Source: Convolutriloba macropyga | Taxonomy: Eukaryota | Assembly (NCBI RefSeq): GCF_964194025.1 | Contig: NW_027449974.1 | Coordinates: 1 to 64,000, forward strand | Reading direction: 5' to 3' | DNA length: 64,000 nucleotides | Shown: positions 26,801 to 38,800 of the stretch, piece after piece | Layout: each line of letters begins with the position of its first letter | How positions within the stretch are numbered: the first letter of the stretch is position 1 | The notes under the pieces: generated by a model | Told to the model about the DNA's origin: nothing | Seen by the model: the letters and a program-made list of their open reading frames with translations, nothing else | Databases searched by the model: none | Made by a program: the position numbers and the translations under genes

Positions 26801-29800
26801 TTTGAGTACACTGACGATCGGTGTTTTGTCGCTGAAAGTAATAGTAATCATATTTATACGAAAACAGTATAACAAAAAAATTAATTTTTTTGACAAAACA
26901 GAAAAAAAGACAATTGAGAAAACATATACTCAGAAAAAAGTTTTTCCATTTCTTTTCCTCAAAAATGATGATAAATTTCGTTTTATTTTTCTCTACCAAG
27001 ATAACCGATTTATTAAGTTGAAAGCTGTCTATGAGGACGGAAAGTTTAAGTTTTTCAGTTTTATATGGAATAAATTACTTTCGAATAATGCAACAGTCTT
27101 CGACAGTAATTTCTTCGGAGCATTTAGGAAAGATACCATTGGAAGACAATCTGCCCTAATTGAAACCTGAGGTCAAGTTTGCAAAAACTTGCAATTTGTT
27201 TTACATACTCTGTGAAATAATGTATTATATTCGCAAATATTTGCAAACAAGTGTTGCAAATTTGACATTGGTTTTGCAAATTTTTGAAAACTGTCACACT
27301 ACTTTACAAACAATTTTATAACGCTAACATTAATTTGCAACAAATTTGAGATTATCACATTAACTTACTTTTTTTTCAAATTTGACCTCGGATTTTTTAA
27401 TCGAAAATTGCCTCAAAAAATCAGTTAAGTTAGGTTAAGTTGTCTTTTAAAGTAAAATTACCTTAACTTTATTTAGTATGTTCTGAAATATCACCGGGTG
27501 CTTCAGTGGGTTGTTTTGATGTTTTCTTTACGAATTTGAAACTATTTGCAATTTTTGCCTTGGTTTGCAAAATTTGCAAATTTGACCTTCAGCTGTGAAA
27601 GTTTACAAATTTTTGCAAATTTGACTTTGATCCGGAATAATTTGAACAAATTTGCAAATTTGACCTTACGTTTGGACTAGGGTGGGCATGCATTTCGAAT
27701 TCTGGTGACATCAATAATTACACAGTGTCGCCCCATTTTTTGCTATAGAATTTTTTTGTGAACTTTATTTCCAATCAGAGAATTTTTTTTGTCTTTTGCC
27801 TTTATTGTTTTTTGATGCTTGATTTGGTTAATTTTGAAATTTTCGTGAAAAATTAGCACGGGTTGACTCAACGAGTTAGTTTTTTCCATGAACTGATATG
27901 AATAACAGAAAAAATTATTGCAAAAAAGGAGCATAAGAAAGCATTTTTCTCTCCATAATGACAGAAAAGTATAGAGTGAGGTTAATTACAATCAAGTTTC
28001 TCTGCAATAGTTGACAGTGCGGGAATCAGTTTGGCCAACTGCTAATTTCCATTCCGTTTTCCTGTTAATTAATGTTAGCTTCCGAGTTACCTCTAAATTT
28101 ATTTTTATCGAATGGAGCAGAGAAGAAAAAACTTCATTTTATGTTCTTTAACTATTCAAACAATGCGTGAAAAATCGGTTTCTACCTGTTGTTAAGTAAA
28201 ACAACCTATTTTTCGTCGACTACTAAAAATAATCACGTTAACGTTTCAAAAGCTATCGAAATGAAATTCTACAAAACCTAATGAAGTACAAATTAAATCA
28301 GTTTTACACAATTGCACAAAACATTGATTTATTCGATAGTTTATTATTCACTTAGCAATAATGATATATATACTTTTTTTAAACCAAAAGCGTTCAAATT
28401 TGGCATATAAAAGAGCTGGTGATATGACGTTTGCGGTTACGTACACAACAGAAGACCAACACGATAGTTGGCAAAAAATTCAAAATGAAATGTCCAGTTT
28501 GAAAATAAATATTGTTAAGACATAGAAAAATCGGAATAAATGTTTTTTTTCTGCAAAAATGGGGGAACATTGAGAAACGTGGAAATGGTAGACGATAAAT
28601 TAAAATTTGTGCACTTTTTAGAATTAATTTAAAAAAAAGTCTCAAATACTTTTGAGAATAGTCCAAGCGTAACCCAATATCGCCTCAGAATAAGGCAACC
28701 AATTAGAAGTGACTCGATTCTGTGAGGTTTCGAAAAATATCGGCGAAGCGTTATCGCAACATTAATTTCCGGATCGATAACGCACTTCATAAAAATTTTC
28801 CTCGATAAGGATGAAAAAAATTTACCACAAATCCTACTTAAATACCTCCTTATCCAACAATTTTAGTTTTTAGGAGCTTTTTATTGTAAAACACAACATT
28901 TACATCAATCGGTAAAAGACAAGATCAGCCAAAATAGGCCGAAGAAAATTATTCGGACTGGATTTAAATTCATTACCCCCTTTTCATGGCTGGTTGGAGC
29001 AAAACTAAATACAAGAAATCCAGTTTTAGGCCGTTGAAGATGAGTTAAATACGCTTAAAAAATGAAGATGAGTTAAATACGCTTTGGAACGCATTGGGAC
29101 TCTATATTATGGATTGCAGTTCGCTTAAAAAACCCGAGTAAATGCTCATTTCTGGGAGGACAAAATCAGCAGAGGATGATCCGAGGTGAGTTTGAGTTAT
29201 AACCAATTTAACTTATTTAGGGTGAAGAAAAATCGGAAAAGTTTCGTCAGCAAGTTAATCCGGCTGGAACCATTCCTGTGATAAACGACGAAGGATTCAA
29301 ACTGTTTGAATACAGAGCCATACTGAGATACTTAGTCTCCAAATATGGGTACAAAAATAACCCACTCTACCCTGACGATCTTACCACAAGGTTAGATTAT
29401 GTGTCATCAAAGTGCATATTTTGAAAAGCATGAACTTGAATTTGCAATCAAGTTGCAAAAATTCGGTTAACATGAAACATATATTTTCCGAAAACACAAT
29501 CTCGTAATCTTAGTTAAAACCTAAGGTCAAGATTGCAAAAGTTGGCAAAAGGATTTACAAATTTTGTAAAATAACGTATTATATTGTCAAATATTTGCAA
29601 ACAAGTTTTCCAAATTTGACATTAATTGGAATTTTTTTTCAAATTCTCTCTTTAATTTTCAATCAACATTTTTTTCAAACTTTGACATTAATTTGCAACT
29701 AATTTAAAACTCTCAAATTATTTTACAATTTTTTTTACAAAATTGACCACGGGTTTTTTAATCAAAAACTCATTCAAAATCTCCTTCTAATGACCTCTTC

Positions 29801-32800
29801 ACTTTAAAAAAACACAAAATTTTTTGGACATTTAGAAAATTTTGAAAAAATAGTATTTTTAATAAGCATTGCGAAAATACTAATCTGAGACGTCCAGAAA
29901 GCGGTCTTTCCATTTTTTTTCTATTTCCAATTTTTCGTGTGGTTTTTGGAATTTTTCATAAATTTTAAACTCTTTTCCTTGAAACTCTTTCTGAAGTCGT
30001 AACATTTGCCGAAAGTTGAATGCTTGCAGCTGACATCCAAAGGTGGTGTCCTTGTCTAGCAGGCATCTAGTCGAATTGGCTGTAACAATTAACAAAACTA
30101 AAAATCGGTTCAAAAAAGCACAAAAAACTGGGCACGGTGTGCTAAAAACAATTTGTCCTAAAAAAGGGTGTAACGGCTGCTCTCCTTGTGTTTCACAAAG
30201 AAAGTTTTACACCGCCCAGTTCGTTCTGAGTGGTTACAAAAATCTGTCCGGATACTTCGTTGATGCACTTTGCTTTTGTAGCTGTATATCCGCTCTGCTG
30301 TACTTACCGTTGCATTAACTAATTTGACTAACTTAGTTTTGGATTTTTTCTCAATTGAACTGGGTCCACAGATCACACAATACGGGATCTCTTTATGTTT
30401 ACCAGTCCAATCGTTTTGATGAAACAAATCTAAGGCAAAAATATATGCCTAAGAAGTGTTATGAAAATTGGTTTCTAACATAATCCTAGGTGTGTGAGTG
30501 TGTGTGTGTTGCGATTTTCGCAGAGTACTCACGAGTTGAAGATGGGAAATCGGGACACAGAAAATTGAATTCACTGCTCGAGACGTTTTCGATACAAGAC
30601 ACAATATTTGATAGAATATTGCTCAAGGCCAATTTTTGTTATCAAGACACAGGATAAATTTAACAAATATACTGCTCAAGGGTTTCGTTTTAGCAAGACA
30701 CAGTAACAAATATACTGCTCAAGACTATATTATTTCAACAATTTTAATGCTGAGTTTATTTGCTAGTTCGAGTTGCTAGGCTGACAAGATATTGAGTTTT
30801 TTAGTTCTTATTTTTGTTCAGCTTGTTAACAATTTTTGTGCTGACGTGGCATACGTGGCTGTTTCTGATTTGCTATACACAGTTTCCTCGCTAAGGGGAT
30901 GGATAATCGGGATAAAAATAGAACACAGTAATAGTTTTCGTCCAACGCAATTTTGTCATTCCTTAAGCTCAACTCCAACATCGCCGGCCCTGTTTTCCTT
31001 CTTGAAAACATCATCGTCAGTTGGTAGTACTGGAGCGAGCTTCACTACGGGCCTCTTGTAGTATCCATCTTTTGTTCGGATTTTTGCTGATCGAATCACT
31101 CCGTCGAACCCTTCAAACGTTTCGGTTATTTGACCCAGATTGTAATATCCACGTTTGTCACTGTCTTCCATTTACCACACAAGATAACCCTGCTGAAGAC
31201 TTCTGTCTGTTGTGGTCTGCCATTTCTTTCGACTATTCAACGTTGGCAAGTACTCTTTACGGAATCTGTCCCAGATGAGGTCTGCGTAAGCTTGTGTTTG
31301 TCGGAAGAGCTTTCTATGATCAACAAATTGCTCTGCACCTGATAGATACGGTAAACAAAGGTTCTTGTTGCCCAGTAGAAAATGGTTTAGAGTAATAGCT
31401 TCTAAATCGGTAGCATCAGAACTGACTTGTGTCAGCGGTCTAGCATTCAGCGTCTGTTCAACAAGACACATCGTGGTTGACAGATCATCCTCCGTGACTG
31501 ATCGATTACACAGCACTGCATACATTGCCTTCTTGCAACTCCTAACCAGTCTTTCCCACACTCCTCCAAAGTGTGGTGCTGCAGGTGGGTTGAACTTCCA
31601 TCTGATTCCTTGTTGAATCAGATGTTCTTCAATTCGCGCCTTGTTCCATGCTGCTATATACTCTGCCAATTCTTTCTCAGCTCCAACGAAGTTCGTCCCG
31701 TTATCACTAATGATTTTGACCGGTTTGCCTCTTCGAGCAATGAATCTCATAATTGCGTTCAGACATCTATCAGTGTCTAGTTTTGGTACAATCTCTATAT
31801 GTACCGCACGTACAGTAAGGCATGTGAATAGACAGCACCAACGCTTTTCGTTTCTTCGACCAATCTTTACTGTGAATGGTCTGAAATAGTCTACGCCCAC
31901 ATTCGAAAATACTGTTGATGCGACTAATCGTTCTTCAGGTAGATCTGCCATTACTGGTGCCTTTGTTTGGGCTCTTCCCTTTCGACATCTAATGCATTTG
32001 TTTTTGACCGATCTCAAAGCATTTCGTATGCCTAGGATCCAGAATTTCTGCTGAACTAAGTTTCTGACATGTTCAGTACCTTCGTGATGATTATTCTTAT
32101 GTTCTTTTTGCAAGAATAATTCAACTACATGGTTCTTCCAATGTAACAATATTGGATGCTTGGTTTCGAAGTTCAATTGACTTTTTACCTATTCTGCCCT
32201 GGGCACGAATAAGTCCTGGCTGGTCAATGAATGGTGAAAACTGGAGGATTTTGCTGTTTTTTGGAATTTCCTTTTCAGCCTTGAGAGATTTCATCTCTTC
32301 AGCAAACTGTTCTCGCTGCAGTAGTCTGAAGATGCTTGCTTGTGCATCCTCTCCTTCTTCAACACTTAGTTTTTTTGTTACCAGTTTGTGTTTTATAAAT
32401 ACGCGCTGTACGCATGCCATTGTATTTACTAGTCGATTGAAACTGCTATATCGGTCCCACTGAATCATCGGCTTCTTCTCTTCAACCTTTGCCGAGAAGA
32501 CCATTTCGTCGTTTTGTTCGTCTGAAGCAAATGTTGAATTCAACTGTGAGGCCATTCGTTCTCTCGTTGCTTCAACCAGGCCGGCCCAGTGAGCCATTCG
32601 CTTCTCTTAAGTTCGTCAATATTGATCGCTCGTGTCCCGATGTCAGCTGGATTGTTAACACCACTCACATGATTCCACTGTGAAACATTAGTTTTATCCA
32701 AAATCTCAGCCACTCTGTTTGCAACAAACACCTGTTGCTTAGGGTGGGAGCTATGAATCCATTGCAGAACAGTAGTGGAGTCTGTCCAAAAATTACAACT

Positions 32801-35800
32801 GTGAATCTTCGATTCGTGTTCCTTCACTATCTGTTCTTTAAGTCACCACTGCTGCTTGTAGTTCCAAGCGTGGTATGGAAAGGTGTCGCATCGGTGCGAC
32901 TCGGCATTTTCCGATTACAAATGCTAAGTCTGCTGAGTATTCTTTGGGCTTTGAACGTAGGTATGCCACAGCGCACATTGTGTCTTCAGATGCGTCGGCC
33001 AACACATGAAGTTCCCATTTGTCCTTGGCTGTGCTGAAGTATCTTCTATCAATGCTGGTTTCTGCTACTTCTGGAAGCTGCGCCTTCCACTTCAGAAACT
33101 CTTCTTCTGCGTTAGGTTCTACTGAGTTGTCCCAATGTTGTCCATTTTTGGTCCAGATAATCTTCAGGAGTCGTCTCATATGAACACTGAATGGTGCAAA
33201 CAGTCCAAGAGGATCAAACACTGAAGAAACTAGAGATAAGATCTTCCTTTGGGTGATTGGGTTCTCAACTTTTTTGCTCGTACCTCTACAAACCTGTAGA
33301 CTATCATCGGTAATCGTCCACTGAAGCCCAAGCACCGATGACCCTTCCTGGCTGGGTTCTACTTCAACATGCTTTGTTTTGCTGATTGATCTTAAGTCCT
33401 CTGGGATTGCGTTGGTTACCACATCGCTGTTGGTGATCCACGTCTTCAGTTCAAATCCATGTTTTGAGAGAAGAGGTTGCAGTTGTTTGAAAACCTTGAT
33501 TGCTTCTTCAGGTGTTTCAACTGACTTGATGAAATCGTCCATGTAGAAGTTGTTTTGGACTGTTTTTGCTGCAATTGGGAACTCGTCCTCGTTATCGATC
33601 GCTACTCGCTTCAGAGCATAGTTGGCACATGTTGGTGAACTCTTGGCTCCGAAAACACGACGCTGATACTCGTAAATTTGCACAGGTTCGTTCATTGTTG
33701 GTCGCCACAGGAATCTCAAGCAGCTTTTATCCCGATCAGGAACTTGCACTTGAAGAAACATTGATTCAATATCTGCGGTTAAGGCAATTGGTCCTCCTCA
33801 AAATCTGAATATTGTTCCGATCAACCCGTGTAGCAGATCGGGTCCGGCTAGCAACTTGTCATTTAGGCATACATCCTTGTATTTTGCTGCAGCGTTGCAA
33901 ACACGGCGAACTTTACCCGGTTTGTTGGGGTTTAGTACTGGATGGTGGGGCAAATATCATTCCTTTCCGAAAGTGCCTTTGACTTCTGATTTGCCAAGGA
34001 TCTTCACAAATCCCTTTTCAACATCTGTATCAATTGACTGTTGATACAATTCTTTTAACTTTGGGTCTCGTTGGAATCTTCGTTCCAGTGAGTAGAGCTG
34101 ACCAAGGGCTGAGCTGTAATTGTTCGGAAGATTGGGTTCTGGTTCATTCCAGAGCATGCCCACTTCGTACCGCCCCCTGTAAACTTCGTTGTGCTCTCTA
34201 GAAACTTCTGAGCTTGTTGCTCTTTCTTTGATTGACTTAGAACATTTATTTTGGAAGCATAAGTTTCTTTGTCCCACCATGATTGGATATTTTCTGCCAC
34301 TTTCACATCTTCTGTGAAGGCGAAATGACAAACATTTTGACTTTTCTTGCCTTTCATGGGACAACTGACTACCCATCCTAATTCTGTTAAGACGGCGAAA
34401 AGCTCACTTCGTGTTCCAATCTTATAGTCCAATAGACGTTGAATTTCGTAGGCATCTTTTCCAAGTATGATGCCTACTTCCATCAGGTTGAATGTTCTGT
34501 TAGTGAGAACATTCAGGTGTCTGAAGCTGTTCTTCAGTTCCTTTTAGTCATATGTCGTGTTTCCCAACGAGATTGATGGGTGTGCAAACGCTTCGATCGA
34601 ATGCACCTTTGAATGTTGTCCTTTATTGTGATAGGAACCTTCTCGGTCCTCAAATCTTGCGTCCCATGTATACCAGCTATGTTCAAGGTAACGTCCGTGC
34701 CATTGGCTTGTAGTTGATCCTTGACACTTTGATCGATGAATGATACTGTTGACCCACTATCGAGGAAAGCGTAGGTAGTCAACCTGTTACCACCTTTCTG
34801 AACCGATACCGGAACGATTTGAAGAAAACTAGTAACTTGGTTACTCTGGTTGATTGTTGCCGCGCTTACATTAACTACGTGACTACCCTCGTCCATTTGG
34901 TTTTCTGAGTGTAGCAGTCTGTTGTGTTTTTTGTTACATCCATTTATACTGCACGGGTGGACTTTACAATCTTTGATTGCATGCCCTTTCCCCAGACATC
35001 CATAACATAAGCGTTCTTTTCTCACTGCTGCATAGCGATCGGTGACATAATCTTGAATATTGGACAGTTCCATATTTTAAGAGTGCCATCCGCTAGTGGA
35101 CAGTGGTTGTTTTGCGTCTGCTTGGTTTCTTGCAGGTTTGAACTTGCACTGAAGTTCGATGTCTTCGAGAATCGTTTTTCTCTATTTGTGTTGCGTCGGT
35201 CTTCTTCTTTGTGTTCCCCTTTAAACGATGAAAACCCTTCATGCACGAATGCCATTCGTGATAGCCATTTTTCAAATATGATTAGATCAGGCCAGTCCTC
35301 GTCTTTGTCATCGACGTAGAACCACCATTTTTCTTTAAGAACTTGAGGCAGCTTATCAACTGCCATGTACAATGTCGAACTTGATTGCAAATCACCAATA
35401 TGTTTGTACTCTTTGAGCAAGTTCACGAAGTTAGATACAATAACAGAAAAATTAATCAGGCTGGTTGAATCACGAGTTTTCACTTGATTAGCTTTTCGTA
35501 GGCTCTCGAGCTGCGCATCTATAATTACATGCGGTCTTCCAAATTTTCTTTCTAAAATGTTCCAGGCAGCACTATAAAACTGTCCAGAATAGCCCATTCC
35601 CGAGATTGCAGATTTTGCTTTGCCTGATAGCAGAGTCTTCAAATGACTCATTTTATCTGAGTCGGGAATCATGCGTTTATCTACTGTTGCTATGAACATG
35701 CTAGACCACTCAGGCCACTCCAGCGGGTTTCCGTCAAAATTTTTCAACCTCAATTTTGGTAAACTACTGCTTGAATGTCCAGTGTTGTAGTGCCTTCCAG

Positions 35801-38800
35801 CTATCGGCGATATATCCCGCTCTTCAGCACTTACTGAGCGTTCACGAGAGTTTGGGTACCATGGGTAATGTCTATGCTTATTTCGTTCAGGGCTGACGTC
35901 GAATCGAGCTCTTGGTCGAATTGGTGTTTGCGTGTCGTTCATCGAATTCGCCCACTCCGAGACATCTCTCCCTTTTGGGGTTCAATTGAAAGGTGACTTT
36001 TCACGCGCCTTAGTCGATTGAGAACGTAAGTCATCTTTCTCCAATGCTGTTCTTTGCAATTGGCGCTCTAGGTCTCGCTCCTTTTGCCGAAGCTGATGTT
36101 GCATCTCTAGTTCTTTCATTTGAATTTCTAGCTCCAACCTCTTTCGATCAAATTGGGCTCGTTCGATTTGCAACTTTCTCTCAAGTTCAATTTCAAATTC
36201 CTTTATTCGTTCTGCAACCCGACGTTTCACTGAAGACGTTTCCGAAACGTTTTCTGTATCCTGGTTGATTGTCTGCGCGATTCGTGTAACCGTATTCGTC
36301 GATGCATAGCTTGTGCTATCATGGTTTTGGTTAAACTCTGGAATTCCAACATTTTGTTCTATCTGATGCACATTATTTGCAGGCGGTTGCTCTTCATTGG
36401 CATGAAGAGTTGACTGGCTTTGCTGGCTTGACATGTTTGTCTCTCCGTGGATATACGGTAACCACTCTGCGTTCAAATATTAATAGTATTTTTCTGTCTC
36501 AAGTTTGCGTTTTAAAGAAATATCTGGGCCTCGGAGAGTCTCAGCTTTCTTATTCACGAGTTTTTGAACGCTGTCGTCCAATTGCAGTATCTGCTGATAA
36601 AGAGTCTTGAGCTTGCTTGGTCGATCTCGATTCTTAGTGAGCTCAAAGCCTTCTTCCTGCTTCTCAATCCAGTTGTTTCGCAAGTCGTTGATCTGTCGAT
36701 CCAAAACGCTCTGACTCTGTGTCGGAGTCACTTCTTGTGTACTTCGGGACTGCAGCTTGAATCTCTACAGCTCCTTTGTTTGTTTGCTTTAATTGAGTTA
36801 TGCTTTTCAACGTTCCCATCTGCTTTGCCTAATTGGCTTTGCGTTGTTGAATTGCTCGTTGAGTTTTGTTCTCGTTAGTCGATGACTTCGTCACTTCGAC
36901 TGTTGTGTTGGACAGCAGTTTATTCCACTGTCCAGGTCGGCGGACCAAATGTAACGTCTGCTCTCGAGTTGAAGACTGGAAATCAGGACACAAAAAATTG
37001 AATTCACTGCTCGAGACGTTTTCGATACAAGACACAATATTTGATAGAATATTGCTCAAGGCAAATTTTTGTTATCAAGACACAGTTAAAAATTTAACAA
37101 ATATACTGCTCAAGGGTTTGGTTTTAGCAAGACACAGTAAGAAATATATTGCTCAAGACTATATTATTTCAACAATTTTATTGCTGAGTTTATTTGCTAG
37201 CTCGAGTTGCTAGGCTGACAAGATATTGAGTTTTTAGTTCTTATTTTTGTTCAGTTTTTTTTAACAATTTTTGTGGTGACGTGGCATACGTGGCTGTTTC
37301 TGATTTGCTATACATAGTTTCCTCGCTAAGGGGATGGATAATCGGGATAAAAATAGAACACAGTAATAGTTTTCGTCCTACGCAATTTTGTCATTCCTTA
37401 AGCTCAGCTCCAACAAAGAGACAAGCTGTGCCCAAAACAAAAAAAATTGAGTAATTGGCAAGGGGAACAATTTGTCGAAGGGGGCATTGTGTATCCAAAA
37501 CAAAACAAAAAAAACAAAACGCGAATTTTCTGAAAAAAACACTTTATCTCAATATTTTCATTTCAACAGAAATTTTGCAAGAAGTCCAATTGATATAGTT
37601 GATACAACCTAGCGAACTACAAAAAAACAAGGAAAAATCAAAATTAAACCACTTCTACGAGACCTTGAAAATTAGAAGACTTTCGAAAAAAATTTTTTTT
37701 GATACACAAATTTCATTTCACAGGACACGAGTATGCCTATACTCTGGTTCTCTTTGCCGAAAGAGACGTCTACTGGTAAAAAACATCGGTTCTTGATCAA
37801 CAGGGGCCAAAAAAACCAATTAAGGGAAATGTTTACAAAAATGCGGTACTTTTGAAGAAAAAGTAGGCTGAAATCTCCTGACTACGAAATAATGCAAAGG
37901 GATCGCACCACTTGGAAAAGTAATAAACGATTGTTTTAGTTATTCATGCTGACCAAAAAAGCGAATAAGTTGGTAAGCACGACCAAGGTTAAGAAAAGCC
38001 TCCAATGCCTTCCAGCTTTTGATATAAATTGTTTCATACATTTTTTCTAATTGAGTCCTTTAACTGACTTCAGTCACATTGAATTATAAAAAGGGCTCAA
38101 ATACCATAGCAAATAATTTAAAAAGTGAATTCAATTGGACCATACACTTAAAAGACGCAGAAAAGTTTGAGCAACCAAAAGTGAGGTCTTTTCAGATTAA
38201 ATGGGTAAAAGGCATCGATTTCCTTTTAAATAGTAGCTGTTTCTGAAATCTTTTGTGAAAGGCGCAGTGACTCTTCACATTTTTTGGTATAAAGTCATGT
38301 AGACAATTTTGCTAAGATTAACAAATTGTCCTTTTTTAAACAGTTTAAGCATGCTATGGCCTCCTGGAACATTTAGCGCAAGACTAAAGGTTGTTGAAAT
38401 CAATTTTATGAACAGATTATATAAAATATGCTAGATGAAATATTTTAAAATGTCCTCCTACAACTCTCAAAGATAGCATATTCTAATTTCCACCTTGCGG
38501 TCTGTTCAAGGATGTAAATTATGTTATCATTACCAGCATTGGAGCCACATAGGTTTTGTTTTAATCCATTTTTTTAAAGGTGAAAATCGTAAATGGTCAA
38601 TTTGTAGGCTTCTAATCCTTCAAAAAGTCTTCATACAGTTGAACGACACTTCTAATGAACAAAATACAAAGTTAAATTTCAGAAATTTGGGTCTAATTTT
38701 TTTTGCCTCAAACCAATTTTTGTCTCGAGCCTAAACAGAATTTGTTATGTCAATTTTAATAGTTGACGTGAGTTAAGTTGTTTTTTAAAGTACGATCATC

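Larger units (their letters stand above)
30457..37415 (-). mobile_element. BEL/Pao LTR retrotransposon, full length, frameshifted
   Basis: Two LTRs, PBS, PPT-like tract, gag-PR-RT-RH-IN order. Left boundary is uncertain (30457 or 30507). Confidence 0.97.

Noticed and set aside
29030-29220. Extra GST exon using the strong GAG|GTGAGT donor at 29186
   Set aside because: The frame needed to join exon 5 contains TGA; the intron would be only 35 nt; exon 4 already joins exon 5 without a gap.
31021-36878. Plus-strand ORFs overlapping the retrotransposon
   Set aside because: Antisense shadows of gag-pol with no independent motifs.
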